DNA of 64,000 nt from assembly GCA_001917175.1 (NCBI GenBank), contig MNTV01000018.1, forward strand, positions 53,907 through 117,906, in the 5' to 3' direction. The position numbers and the translations under genes are program-made. Position 1 is the stretch's first letter; each line of letters starts with the position of its first letter. A model generated the notes under the pieces. That model saw only the letters and a program-made list of their open reading frames with translations. It was not told the origin of the DNA and searched no databases. This DNA is from Azospirillum sp. 51_20. Its GTDB lineage: Bacteria; Pseudomonadota; Alphaproteobacteria; RF32; CAG-239. Shown here in pieces: positions 19,405 to 29,577 of this stretch.

Positions 19405-21024
19405 CATCTTTTCCTGCTCTTCAAAGATTAGGTTTTTAGAGGCGATATCGAAGAGGGTTTGCAGATTGATGGTTAGGGTTCCGGAGAGAAGTTGATTGAC
19501 TATTCTTGGTGAGAGGTAGGCAAGGTTGAGATATTTGTAGATGGTACGTTTGGAGATGTGTTCTTGCTTGGCGATGTCATCGGTTGCCATACCGTTTTCA
19601 TAAAGTTTTTTATACCGCCAAGCATAGGCAAAGGCTCGGACAATCAAGCGGTTGTTGTCATTCACACTCATCAGCCCGACTTTACCAGCGTTATAGACAT
19701 TGCTTGACAGCCCGCGGTTGATGATGACTTGTTTTTCATAGATGATTTGATTGTTGGCATTATCGGCAATGAACTCTAGCGGATTATCGTTTTGGTTTAA
19801 CGAATCGCTGGTATAGGCTGAGAGAATTATCGGATCGGTATTAAAAAAGAAGGTCAGGCGATCTTTTTGATAGATGATTTTGTTAATGAAGTTGCGGATA
19901 AAATTGCGTTGCGCGAAGTAGTCCATATCAGTAAAGTTTATCAGCTTTAGAGCCATGGCGCTATCTTTGTTCAGCCCATTGAAGTTACTGTTAAGAATTT
20001 CAATTATGGCATCTTTGGCGAGCTTATCAATTTGTTCTGTTGGCAGGAACAAGCCTTTGATAGAATAGTAATGTCTTTTGGTAGCTTTCTTTTTGCTGTT
20101 GGCTTGATTGGTAAAAATGGTGCCATTGGCATCAAATAACTTGCCTGTCAGCAGGTTATTGTTTCGGCTCCTTGTATGATTAGCGCAGTTGTCATTTTCT
20201 TTGAGCATGGCTTGCACCTTTTCCCATAATTCTTTTGATATGATGGCCTCATGCTGTCCTTTAAATGCTTGTCCGGTGCGTTTGTTCTCAATCATGCCGA
20301 GGTATAATTTTTCATGCAGCAAGCGGTGGAGCGCGGATATTTTAAAAGGTTTGCCGCCTCTCTGTTCCCCCTTGTTGGTTATCCAGCTTTTATGTTTGAA
20401 ACCTTTAATTTCAGCAAATTTCTCAAGTTCGGTCAGAGAGCCGCATTGTAAATAGCCTTCAAAAATGCTGTGTACCTGTTCGGCCTCGACGGGATTAATG
20501 ACCAGTTTTTTGTCTTTAATATCATAACCAAGTTTGGGAACGCCGCCCGTCCATAAGCCTTTGGCTTTACTGGCGCGGATTTTATCACGGACACGCTCTG
20601 AGGATACCTCTCGCTCGAATTGAGCAAAGGACAGCAACATATTTAAGGTCAGCTTGCCCATGGAGGTTGAGGTATCAAATGCCTGTGTGATCGAAACAAA
20701 ACTGCAGCCATATTTATCAAATTCTTTCATCATATTGTGGAAGTCCATTATTGAACGTGACAAACGGTCAACTTTGTAAACCACTACCGTTTGAACTAAT
20801 CCTCGGCGGATGTCTTCAAGCATTTGTTTTAAAGCCGGGCGTTCCATTGTGCCGCCGGAAATGCCGCCGTCGGTATAGGTTTTGAAATATTCCCAGTTGT
20901 TAAAGGCTTGAGACATAATGTAACTGCGACAGGCGTCTTCCTGATTATGCAGCGAGTTAAACTCAAGCTCCAAGCCTTTTTCGGTAGATTTGCGGACATA
21001 GATCGCGCAGTTTATTCTAATCAT
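19381..21024 (-). CDS. Large serine recombinase (resolvase/invertase N-domain, recombinase domain, zinc ribbon)
   Basis: N-terminus AIYVRKSTEKG...VYKVDRLSRS matches a resolvase catalytic domain. At 547 aa it has the length of a large serine recombinase. Confidence 0.9.
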   Translation of the reverse strand: MIRINCAIYVRKSTEKGLELEFNSLHNQEDACRSYIMSQAFNNWEYFKTYTDGGISGGTMERPALKQMLEDIRRGLVQTVVVYKVDRLSRSIMDFHNMMKEFDKYGCSFVSITQAFDTSTSMGKLTLNMLLSFAQFEREVSSERVRDKIRASKAKGLWTGGVPKLGYDIKDKKLVINPVEAEQVHSIFEGYLQCGSLTELEKFAEIKGFKHKSWITNKGEQRGGKPFKISALHRLLHEKLYLGMIENKRTGQAFKGQHEAIISKELWEKVQAMLKENDNCANHTRSRNNNLLTGKLFDANGTIFTNQANSKKKATKRHYYSIKGLFLPTEQIDKLAKDAIIEILNSNFNGLNKDSAMALKLINFTDMDYFAQRNFIRNFINKIIYQKDRLTFFFNTDPIILSAYTSDSLNQNDNPLEFIADNANNQIIYEKQVIINRGLSSNVYNAGKVGLMSVNDNNRLIVRAFAYAWRYKKLYENGMATDDIAKQEHISKRTIYKYLNLAYLSPRIVNQLLSGTLTINLQTLFDIASKNLIFEEQEKMLNVISRN

Positions 21025-21469
21025 GAGCCGTCTCCTTTAATGCCCGTTTGTTATTTAATCCGAAGAAGTCATAACCGGAAACCTTTATGCCGCAGATTTC
21101 TTTGGCTACAGCGGATAAGGTTTTATAATGCTGTCCGTTGTAGATAAAATCGTTAATCTCAGCTATAGTAACCTTATATTGTCGACCAAGATAGGTTTTA
21201 ATGATTTCGGTACCGGGATGCAGATTGTATTTGGTCTTATAAACCTTAACCATACACTCATCGGGGTTTTCGGCGTATTTTTCTAGCTTAGTCAGATGTT
21301 TGCGTTCAATTTTAAGATTGGCGTTTTCGCAGGCGTTATAATACCACAGTGCGCGAAACTGCCGTTCATAGGGACTGTTATGATACCGCGCCCATAGTTC
21401 AGCTTGTTTCTGGTGATTTAGCTTTTTTAATTCTTCAGCGCTTTTCGGCAGATAAATCTTCTTTCTCAT
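21017..21469 (-). CDS. DUF2924-like protein, a partner commonly found upstream of large serine recombinases
   Basis: 150 aa. Its stop overlaps the recombinase start. It has an ELWARY...RQFRALWYY pattern. Confidence 0.55.
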   Translation of the reverse strand: MRKKIYLPKSAEELKKLNHQKQAELWARYHNSPYERQFRALWYYNACENANLKIERKHLTKLEKYAENPDECMVKVYKTKYNLHPGTEIIKTYLGRQYKVTIAEINDFIYNGQHYKTLSAVAKEICGIKVSGYDFFGLNNKRALKETAHD

Positions 21470-21662
21470 CGGTCAACTCCTTGTTTTTTATATATTTTCC
21501 AAGTAAAGCAACGCTTACTGTTTTAAGAAAGTCAAGCCTAATAGCTTGGTTTCTCCAAGCCTTTGATTTTTAATGATAAATCTCGAGTTTGATTTTTGTA
21601 TATTATATACAATCCTCCGTTTGAGGAGGAATCTGTTTAAATTGAAATAAAGGAGAAAAAGT

Positions 21663-22997
21663 ATGTCTGATATGTATATAAAAATTGAATATACAGCCTT
21701 GGAAAATCTTAACCCTTATAAAGGAAATCCTAAGGTTCATGACGAGAAACAAATTCAGCAAATTGCTAAGTCGATTGAAAGATTTGGTTTTAATAATCCC
21801 ATTTTGATTGATGAAAAATCAGAGGTAATTGCCGGTCATGGTCGTCTGTTGGCCGCAAGACTGTTAAAACTGGAAACAGTTCCGGTAGTTCGTCTCATAC
21901 ATCTTTCTGAAGCGGAAAAACGGGCTTATCGCATAGCAGACAATAAATTATCAGAGAATGGTCGATGGGATACGGATTTGTTAAAGCTGGAATTTTCAGA
22001 AATTGAGAAACTGGCTCTGAATCTTGAAGATGAATTGAATCTGGATATTACCGGGTTTGATTTTAAGGAGATAGATGTTCTTTTGGCCGATAATAAATCC
22101 AACGAAAAAGCGGATGAAAAACTTAATTCCGTTCCGTATGTGCCGGAAAATGAAATAGTCAGTCAACACGGCGATGTCTGGCTTCTGGGAAAACACAAAA
22201 TTATTTGCGGAGATTCATTGCAAGGGGAAACATATCAGCGTTTGTTTGAAGAGGTTAAAGCCAATATGGTTTTTATTGATTCGCCGTACAATGTTAAAAT
22301 TCAAGGACATGTTTGCGGCGCAGGTCAAACGAAGCATAAAGAGTTTGCCTTTGGTTCCGGCGAGATGAATGAGGCTGAATTTATTTCGTTTTTGAAAACA
22401 TCAATGGCGAATATAGCCAAATATTCTGCTGAAAATTCCATTCATTATATTTGCATGGATTGGCGACATATATCCGAGCTGCTTTCCGCTTCTCGAGATA
22501 TCTATCCCCAAATGCTGAATATGGTGGTTTGGTGCAAAAAGAATGGTGGGATGGGTAGTTTTTACCGATCCCAGCACGAATTGATTTTTGTTTTTCAGAA
22601 TGGAAAAGGCTCTCATGTTAATAATGTGGAGTTAGGCAAGCATGGCCGCTATCGAACAAATGTTTGGCATTATGCCGGTGTTAACAGTTTTGGCTCCGAA
22701 CAGAAAAATCTTAAAATGCATCCGACGGTCAAACCGGTAGAATTAGTCCGCGATGCAATTTTGGATGCGTCTAAACGGGGCGATATTGTGCTGGATGCGT
22801 TTCTCGGCAGCGGAACAACGCTGATTGCAGCAGAAAAAGCCGGACGTGTTTGTTATGGAATCGAGTATGAGCCCTTGTATATCGATACGATTATCCGTCG
22901 GTATCACGAATTAACTGGAAATTGGGCAATTCATCTAAGTTCGCAAAAATCATATGAGCAATTATTGCAAGAAAAATTGGAGAAAATCAATGAGTGA
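21663..22997 (+). CDS. ParB-like N-terminal domain fused to a DNA methyltransferase (N6-adenine / N4-cytosine beta class)
   Basis: N-terminal ParB-like segment (IAGHGRLLAA). The central DSPYN motif is of the DPPY type. The gene lies immediately upstream of terminase-associated genes, a typical phage arrangement. Confidence 0.8.
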   Translation: MSDMYIKIEYTALENLNPYKGNPKVHDEKQIQQIAKSIERFGFNNPILIDEKSEVIAGHGRLLAARLLKLETVPVVRLIHLSEAEKRAYRIADNKLSENGRWDTDLLKLEFSEIEKLALNLEDELNLDITGFDFKEIDVLLADNKSNEKADEKLNSVPYVPENEIVSQHGDVWLLGKHKIICGDSLQGETYQRLFEEVKANMVFIDSPYNVKIQGHVCGAGQTKHKEFAFGSGEMNEAEFISFLKTSMANIAKYSAENSIHYICMDWRHISELLSASRDIYPQMLNMVVWCKKNGGMGSFYRSQHELIFVFQNGKGSHVNNVELGKHGRYRTNVWHYAGVNSFGSEQKNLKMHPTVKPVELVRDAILDASKRGDIVLDAFLGSGTTLIAAEKAGRVCYGIEYEPLYIDTIIRRYHELTGNWAIHLSSQKSYEQLLQEKLEKINE

Positions 22998-23361
22998 AAG
23001 CGGTTATAAAAATCCGCCCAAACATTCGCGATTTCAGAAAGGGTGTTCGGGTAATCCTGCAGGGAGGCCGAAAGGAAGCAAGAACACGCTCAAACTTCTG
23101 GATGCTGTTTTGGAACAGAAAATTAAAATTCAGCAAGAGGGCAAAACCATCAGCATTACCAAAAAGCAGGCGATGCTGATGCAATTGGTTAATGCTGCGG
23201 TAAAAGGCGAAATTAAGGCCATTGCGGCGCTTTTTCCATACATGATGCAGCTGGACATGAAAGAAGAGCAATCCTTGGAAACAAACAAATTGTCTCTAAA
23301 AGATGAGGAAATTTTACAACAATTTTTAGAAGAAAATAAACAGGAGAGTAAAAATGACTGA
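22990..23361 (+). CDS. DUF5681-like protein of the kind usually found just upstream of a large terminase. It may be a small-terminase-like or packaging accessory protein.
   Basis: Basic N-terminus (KNPPKHSRFQKGCSGNPAGRPKGSKN). Its ATG overlaps the TGA of the preceding gene, and its stop overlaps the TerL start. Confidence 0.55.
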   Translation: MSESGYKNPPKHSRFQKGCSGNPAGRPKGSKNTLKLLDAVLEQKIKIQQEGKTISITKKQAMLMQLVNAAVKGEIKAIAALFPYMMQLDMKEEQSLETNKLSLKDEEILQQFLEENKQESKND

Positions 23362-24919
23362 TATAAATCAGGTTAAAAATGCGATATTACGCAAAAGTTT
23401 TTCAAGCTTTGTACAGAAGTGTTTTTATGAATTAAATCCTTCGGAGGCATTTATAAAAGGCGCGTATATAGACTTATTATGCGATCAAATCCAAAATATG
23501 ATAGAGGGAAAAAATCAGAAATTGATAATCAATCTTCCTCCAAGATATTTAAAATCGGTTATATGTTCTATAGCTTTGCCCGCGTTTATTTTGGGGCATA
23601 ATCCGTCAACTAAAATTATGTGCATCAGCTATGGTGAGGAGTTGGCTTCCAAATTAGCGGCTGATTGTAAGAGCGTTATGGAGGCGGATTGGTATAAAGC
23701 GCTTTTCCCTGAGACGAAAATCCGGACAGATAAAAAATCTGTTATGGATTTTGAAACGACAAAACACGGCGGACGGTTTGCGACGACAATTTCAGGAGCA
23801 GTCACAGGACGCGGCGCAGACTGGATTATTATAGATGATCCGCTAAAACCGGCTGATGCCCTTTCAGACGTGGTTAGGGAAAAAATTAATGAACTCTATG
23901 GAAATACTGTCAGTTCCAGACTGAATGATAAAAATACCGGGAGAATACTCGTGGTCATGCAGCGTTTGCATGCGCATGATTTATCCGGTTTCCTGTTTGA
24001 GAACGATCCTGATTTTAAGTCTATCGTCTTGCCGCTAATTGCTGAAAAAGATGAAAAATGGCAAATAAAAAATCGTATTGCCAAAACGATAACGACATAT
24101 GAGCGGAAAAAAGGAGAATTGTTGCATCCGGAACGCGAAGGCGAAAAAGTTGTAAACAGTTATCGCAATTCGATGAGTCCTTTTGTATTTTCTGCGCAAT
24201 ATCAGCAGAATCCAATGCCTATCGGCAGCGGAATGATCAAACAGGAGTGGATGAAGTATTATCAAGCACTGCCGTCAAGATTAGATAAAATTATTTTATC
24301 GTGGGATACAGCGGCTAAGGCTATGGAAAATAACGCTTATTCTGCCTGCGCGGTTGTCGGAATCGGAAATGAAAATGGTCAGAAATATTATCTGATAGAG
24401 GTGTTTCGCGGCAGACTTAATTTTCCTGAATTAACAAAAAAGGTTCAGGAAATATCTGATAAATATGAAAGAATTGCGCAGGGGCGGACTATAACTTTGA
24501 TTGAAGACGCCTCATCCGGAACTTCTTTATATCAAACGTTGAAAGGTAGAATCGCAAGCCTGAAGTCTGTTTTTTGCAAAGGTTCTAAGGAGCAGCGCTT
24601 TAATATTGTCACGTTAAAAACCGAGCAAGGGGACTTGTTGTTTCCGGGCAAATATGAATCCTGGTTCAAAAATTTTGAAGATGAGTTCTTAACTTTTCCG
24701 AATTCTTTATTTAAGGATCAATGTGACGCATTGAGCCAAGCCCTGAATTATGGTTTGGAAAATTATAATCAGGTTTCGCAAAATATGCCGTTGGCCGCCC
24801 GCGTGGATACGATGTGCGGTATGGGCGGTTATAATACCGGCATAGAGGAACTCTATAGCATGAATAATATACCATATAAATCTAATGGAGGCTATGCTTG
24901 GTGGAATGGTAAATCTTAA
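23354..24919 (+). CDS. Phage terminase large subunit
   Basis: 521 aa with an N-terminal ATPase region (hhhhDDP Walker B at WIIIDDPLKP) and a C-terminal nuclease-like region. Confidence 0.75.
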   Translation: MTDINQVKNAILRKSFSSFVQKCFYELNPSEAFIKGAYIDLLCDQIQNMIEGKNQKLIINLPPRYLKSVICSIALPAFILGHNPSTKIMCISYGEELASKLAADCKSVMEADWYKALFPETKIRTDKKSVMDFETTKHGGRFATTISGAVTGRGADWIIIDDPLKPADALSDVVREKINELYGNTVSSRLNDKNTGRILVVMQRLHAHDLSGFLFENDPDFKSIVLPLIAEKDEKWQIKNRIAKTITTYERKKGELLHPEREGEKVVNSYRNSMSPFVFSAQYQQNPMPIGSGMIKQEWMKYYQALPSRLDKIILSWDTAAKAMENNAYSACAVVGIGNENGQKYYLIEVFRGRLNFPELTKKVQEISDKYERIAQGRTITLIEDASSGTSLYQTLKGRIASLKSVFCKGSKEQRFNIVTLKTEQGDLLFPGKYESWFKNFEDEFLTFPNSLFKDQCDALSQALNYGLENYNQVSQNMPLAARVDTMCGMGGYNTGIEELYSMNNIPYKSNGGYAWWNGKS

Positions 24920-24925
24920 GACGTT

Positions 24926-25258
24926 TTACTTGGCGATTATTTCAAAATTGTCAATCAGCTTTAGCAGGGATTCCTTTTGAGAATCAGTCATAAGGTTGAG
25001 TTTGCGGATGATTTTGTCTTTCACGTCCTGCTGCGATATATCTTCTTTCAAATCTTTGGTAATATCAATGTCCAAAGCGAAAAGCAGTTTGTACAGCGAG
25101 TAGGAGCGCGGATTTTGCTTTTGATTCTCAATCAAGTTAATAGACGAATAATCCATACCGCTCAGCTCGGACAATTTTTCACTGGAAATTTTGCCGGCTA
25201 ATCGTCTTTTTCGAATAGAATCGCTGATAAGCCTTAAAAACTCTTTTTCATTAAGCAT
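24926..25258 (-). CDS. XRE-family helix-turn-helix transcriptional regulator
   Basis: 110 aa with an HTH at KISSEKLSELSGMDYSSINLIENQKQNP. It is divergent from the downstream plus-strand block, with an AT-rich promoter region at 25259-25379. Confidence 0.75.
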   Translation of the reverse strand: MLNEKEFLRLISDSIRKRRLAGKISSEKLSELSGMDYSSINLIENQKQNPRSYSLYKLLFALDIDITKDLKEDISQQDVKDKIIRKLNLMTDSQKESLLKLIDNFEIIAK

Positions 25259-25379
25259 GCTTCACCCCTTAAAAATATATTGGGATGATACAATAGCTTT
25301 TTCGATAAAAGTATTGCGATAAAACAATATAATTTTATTGACTAAACAAAATAATTAAACCAACATAAGGAGAAAGAAA

Positions 25380-25673
25380 ATGGCGTTAGTTTACGTTACG
25401 GACATTGAATATCAGGCAGATATAAAAGTATTTGCCGTTAATGAGAGGTATCAGGCTGATTTATGTTTTTTCGAGGTTGATCGAGATTACAAGGCCAATA
25501 CGGAGGCAAAATGGTTTTTTGAAGATAAGGACTATAAAGCGACGGTTAAAATATATTGGGTTGAACATGAGTATCAGGCAGATTTGAAAGTCTTCCGGGT
25601 TACGCAGGAACACCTAGCCGGTTGGCAAAAGAGCCACCGTTTGATTACGAGATTGGGAAAATACACATATTAA
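25380..25673 (+). CDS. Small protein built from tandem ~12-residue repeats (EYQADIKVF / RYQADLCFF / DYKANTEAKWFF / DYKATVKIYWV / EYQADLKVF)
   Basis: Direct reading of the 97-aa ORF. The repeats have period [D/E/R]Y[Q/K]A[D/N/T] followed by alternating hydrophobic positions. A strong AAGGAG ribosome-binding site lies upstream. Confidence 0.5.
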   Translation: MALVYVTDIEYQADIKVFAVNERYQADLCFFEVDRDYKANTEAKWFFEDKDYKATVKIYWVEHEYQADLKVFRVTQEHLAGWQKSHRLITRLGKYTY

Positions 25674-25686
25674 AGGAGATAAAAAA

Positions 25687-25935
25687 ATGACAGAAGAAGT
25701 TAAAAAAGAAACCCCAAAAACAAAATTGCCCGGCTTGCCGCCGTTGGTTGCGTTTATTTATGCGGTTCTCATTTTTATTATGACCATGGGGTACCTTAAG
25801 GTATTTCTTATTATGGGTTTCAGGATGAATCCTGATGAAGCCGGAATATTGTCATTTTTTGCGGGAGCGTTTTTTGCCTATATCGGCAACAAAGGAGTTA
25901 GAGCCATGTTTAAGCTGAGAGAACTGTCAAAATAA
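25687..25935 (+). CDS. Small membrane protein (2-3 TM)
   Basis: 82-aa hydrophobic ORF translationally close to its neighbours. Confidence 0.45.
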   Translation: MTEEVKKETPKTKLPGLPPLVAFIYAVLIFIMTMGYLKVFLIMGFRMNPDEAGILSFFAGAFFAYIGNKGVRAMFKLRELSK

Positions 25936-25947
25936 AGGATTTAGGTT

Positions 25948-26760
25948 ATGGTTAGGATATTGCGCGCAGCAACTTGGAACTTTGGCTACGGTTCTGTTGG
26001 TTCACCCAGCAAGAACAACAAGACGAAAGTTCAAAAAGCCCTTGAATATCTGCGGAAAAATAATGTGGATATTGTTTTGGCGCAGGAAATTTTTGATCCA
26101 AACGAGTTGCGGCGTCTTTATCCTAACCAGATTTATTCTGACGTTCCCGTTTATAATCCGCAGGGGCAAGGATTATGGGGCGCGATGGATTTTTCGATTG
26201 ATACGCGCAATAACAATAGCCGCCCTAAATGGGGAACGGCGATATTGGCTGCCGAGAATGTCAATTTGAGCAAAATTGAGTTAAAATATAGCACCGCCTA
26301 TCCGGGAAGCATGACTGTTGCACAGATTGCAGGAACGGACATTGCCGTTATTTCCATGTATGGCAAAAATGTCTATGATTATGAAAAAGTAACGGCTTTT
26401 TCGTATCTGGCCAATCTGCATCGCTGTTTATCCGATACTGCGCCGCTGCTGGACGGTTTTTCTTCTGCCAAAAGATTTATTATCGCCGGCGATTGGAATG
26501 CCGGGCCGCAATGGGATAAGGGAAAGTCGCGCAAGAATTTTAACTTTTTTGAGCGGTTGGCAACCTTTGATCTTAAGGATTGTTTGGGGCATTTTCCTGA
26601 CGGCGGTTATGAAACGACATTTAAACATAACGGCAATCGACAAATAGACTGGATGTTTGCCAGCCAGGCGTTTACTGTTCATAATCCGCATATTGACTAT
26701 GTAGCGGAGATTGAGGATTTGTCTGATCATTACCCGATAATTGCGGAATTTGAGATATGA
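25948..26760 (+). CDS. Endonuclease/exonuclease/phosphatase (EEP) family protein
   Basis: 270 aa. N-terminal ATWNFGYG and C-terminal SDHYPIIAEF motifs are typical of the EEP fold. Confidence 0.75.
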   Translation: MVRILRAATWNFGYGSVGSPSKNNKTKVQKALEYLRKNNVDIVLAQEIFDPNELRRLYPNQIYSDVPVYNPQGQGLWGAMDFSIDTRNNNSRPKWGTAILAAENVNLSKIELKYSTAYPGSMTVAQIAGTDIAVISMYGKNVYDYEKVTAFSYLANLHRCLSDTAPLLDGFSSAKRFIIAGDWNAGPQWDKGKSRKNFNFFERLATFDLKDCLGHFPDGGYETTFKHNGNRQIDWMFASQAFTVHNPHIDYVAEIEDLSDHYPIIAEFEI

Positions 26761-27188
26761 AAAAGGGTAATGTAATGTTTTGGAAATTCTTATTTTTAGG
26801 CTTTATTGTATGTTTTTCTGTTCAAGCACAGGAAAAAGCCAATAGTACCAGCGAACAAAATGATTATGGTATCTTTATTATCGGTGTTGCGATTTATTTA
26901 CTTTTTAAAGCAGTGGGGGTTATCTGGCATTATCGCTGTCCGAAATGCAAAAAATGGTGGGTAATGCGACAGGAAAAGAAAGAACTGCTGAATACGGATG
27001 TTGTGACCGAATCCAGAAAAGAAGAAATAAAAGACAATAACGGAAATGTGTTGCGGGTAGAGGAAGTAGAGGTTCCCGTATTGGTTCGTCATTATGAAAT
27101 TTGGCGAAAATGTAAGCATTGCGGACATCTTGTTAAGATTTTTGAAGACGAGAAGGAAGAAAAATATAACAGAACACCGCTTAAATAA
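26757..27188 (+). CDS. Membrane-anchored zinc-ribbon protein
   Basis: Signal/TM sequence at the N-terminus, a second TM, and two CxxC pairs (CPKCKKW ... CKHCGH). Confidence 0.5.
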   Translation: MKKGNVMFWKFLFLGFIVCFSVQAQEKANSTSEQNDYGIFIIGVAIYLLFKAVGVIWHYRCPKCKKWWVMRQEKKELLNTDVVTESRKEEIKDNNGNVLRVEEVEVPVLVRHYEIWRKCKHCGHLVKIFEDEKEEKYNRTPLK

Positions 27189-27203
27189 TGAGAGGAAACA
27201 GAT

Positions 27204-28160
27204 ATGCGGAAAATTAGTTGGCTGGCGATTTTGTTGATAGGCGGATGTACTCTGATAGTAGAACAGAGTAATCTTGTTTCCTTAAATGATTCTTCAGAAT
27301 TCCGCTTTCTGGATGAACAGGTATTCATATGCTCGTGCCGTCAGCTCAAGGAAGAAAGTTATGATATTTTCTATGCGGCGGAAAATCAAAAATGTCTGGA
27401 AGAGAATGCCAAGCAAATGCAAAAGCTGTCCGAACAGATTGAGCAGACGAATGATTTAATTAAGAAAGAGAAACTTCTTGATGATGTATTGGCAAGTTCT
27501 GAAAAGTTTGATGCCTGTAAAATATCTAAGGGGTTAACTGTTGCCGGTTTTGCTAAACAATCTAATGACAGCGCTATTGCATACTGGGAGCGTGATAAAA
27601 TAATCGCTTATTTTACCCAAACTTATCAGATTTGTGAAAATGGAGAATATTTTGATAAGAATGACGGAAGCCGTATTGTTGCGGATTATCAAACTGTGGC
27701 GCGGCAAAAAGAGAAAAATACGCCGAAGATAGAAAAATTTAAGGAGTTAAAAAGCAAAATTTCCTCTCAAAATCAGATGAATAAAAAGATTGCGGCGCTT
27801 TTATCCGGAGACAATCCGATTATAAGAAAAATGCAGCAGGCAGCTCCTGATTTTATGCGGGTAAAGGTTAATGAATGTCCGATAATCTTTTTTGTGCAGT
27901 TTCTCAAGGAAAATGTGGCAATGTTTAATTCTGATTTTGCCTTTGCTGATAACTATCAATTTAAGAAAAAAGGCGCAGACACGCTTGTTTTGACTGTCGG
28001 TGATATCGAATATACTTTCCTGAAAAAAGGAAAAGACAGCGCGGATGTCATAATTGTTAAAGATATTGATCAATGGGGCAATCAGATAATCAATAAAAGC
28101 ACTATTCTAAATAATATTGACGTTTCCTCATCGTGCTGGGGGTATTATAAGGCTATATAA
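27204..28160 (+). CDS. Lipoprotein of unknown function
   Basis: MRKISWLAILLIGGC lipobox. 318 aa, AT-rich. Confidence 0.55.
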   Translation: MRKISWLAILLIGGCTLIVEQSNLVSLNDSSEFRFLDEQVFICSCRQLKEESYDIFYAAENQKCLEENAKQMQKLSEQIEQTNDLIKKEKLLDDVLASSEKFDACKISKGLTVAGFAKQSNDSAIAYWERDKIIAYFTQTYQICENGEYFDKNDGSRIVADYQTVARQKEKNTPKIEKFKELKSKISSQNQMNKKIAALLSGDNPIIRKMQQAAPDFMRVKVNECPIIFFVQFLKENVAMFNSDFAFADNYQFKKKGADTLVLTVGDIEYTFLKKGKDSADVIIVKDIDQWGNQIINKSTILNNIDVSSSCWGYYKAI

Positions 28161-28246
28161 AAAATTTGGAGATATTTGCATTTAATTGTAGAAATATTGT
28201 ATGTAAACTGATATTAACTAATTATTAATAACTTTAAGATTAGCTA

Positions 28247-29071
28247 ATGTTAAATAGAGACTTAATAATATCTCCTTTTTTAAAATGGGCAGGTGGAAAG
28301 CGTTGGCTTATTCATCAATGCATTGATATTTTCCCTAAGCAAAATGAATATAATGTTTATTATGAACCTTTTTTGGGAAGTGCGGCGGTTTTTTTTCATT
28401 TAAAACCGTTTCATGCTGTTTTATCTGATATTAATGCGGAACTAATAGATACATATAAAACTATTAAAAGTTCTCCTTCCGCTGTCGTTTCATTATTGAA
28501 AAATCATCATAATTTACATAGCAAAGAACATTATTATCATGTAAGAAGTGCTTTATATTCTAACGATGTTGAAAAAGCTGCTCGTTTTATTTACTTAAAT
28601 AGAACTTGTTGGAATGGGTTATATCGTGTTAATAATTCTGGAGGATTTAATGTCCCTATCGGCACTAAAACAAAAGTGATTCTCGATAACGATAATTTTG
28701 AGGCAGTTGCTAAATTGTTAGAAAATGCAATAATATTAAAAATGGATTTTGAAGAAGCTATGCAACAAGCTCAAAAAAATGATTTTATTTTTGTAGATCC
28801 TCCATATACAGTTAAACACAATTCTAATGCTTTTGTGCAATATAATGAAACGTTGTTTTCTTGGGCGGATCAAGTTCGTTTAAGAGATAGCGTAGAAAGT
28901 GCTGTTAGTAGAGGTGTTAAAGTTTTAGTTACAAATGCTAATCACTCCTCAATTAGAGAGTTATATGATGGTTTGGGAGATATGATCTGTTTATCTAGAG
29001 CTAGCGTTTTGGCATCAAATCCTGAAAAAAGGGGGAAATATGAGGAGTTAGCTATAAAATGTGGTTATTAA
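28247..29071 (+). CDS. Dam-family (D12 class) N6-adenine DNA methyltransferase
   Basis: N-terminus PFLKWAGGKRWL, FxGSAAV, and a DPPY motif (FVDPPYT). 274 aa. Strongly AT-rich relative to the host sequence. Confidence 0.8.
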   Translation: MLNRDLIISPFLKWAGGKRWLIHQCIDIFPKQNEYNVYYEPFLGSAAVFFHLKPFHAVLSDINAELIDTYKTIKSSPSAVVSLLKNHHNLHSKEHYYHVRSALYSNDVEKAARFIYLNRTCWNGLYRVNNSGGFNVPIGTKTKVILDNDNFEAVAKLLENAIILKMDFEEAMQQAQKNDFIFVDPPYTVKHNSNAFVQYNETLFSWADQVRLRDSVESAVSRGVKVLVTNANHSSIRELYDGLGDMICLSRASVLASNPEKRGKYEELAIKCGY

Positions 29072-29577
29072 ATATAAGAAAAATAGGCTTTGAATTATGG
29101 AAATGGCTTCTAGCATGGTTTTTTGTCTCTTTACCTTCTTTAGTTACAATGTTCTGGCTATGGGTAAGAGAAAAAGAGCTTGCTAAACCAAGTATCATGG
29201 GCATTGGTACGAGTGAATTCCTTGTTTATGCTATATCTTTTTCTGCCCCATTGTTTGCTCAGTGTTTCTTTAAAAATAGAACAAAAAAGTTATTTCATTT
29301 TACAGATTTTATTGCTTTTATAATTTTTTTAGCATCAATAGTTCTATTTATTATGCTAAAAGAAGAAACAGCAATAGATAAATTAAATATATTATTTAGA
29401 TGGGTTTTGATATTGTATATAGCTTCTTTACTATTTTCTTTGTTATCAGCTTTATGCATTGCTCTTATTCCAGATAGAGAAACTATTGAAAAAGCAAATA
29501 TTGAGCAACAAAATGATTTTAATTCTGCATTTGATAAAATCTTAGAAGAACGAGGTGTGAAAAATGAACACATATAA
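29059..29577 (+). CDS. Membrane protein with four predicted TM helices and unknown function
   Basis: 172 aa. It overlaps the Dam stop by 13 nt, and its own stop is overlapped by the DGQHR gene start. Confidence 0.55.
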   Translation: MWLLNIRKIGFELWKWLLAWFFVSLPSLVTMFWLWVREKELAKPSIMGIGTSEFLVYAISFSAPLFAQCFFKNRTKKLFHFTDFIAFIIFLASIVLFIMLKEETAIDKLNILFRWVLILYIASLLFSLLSALCIALIPDRETIEKANIEQQNDFNSAFDKILEERGVKNEHI

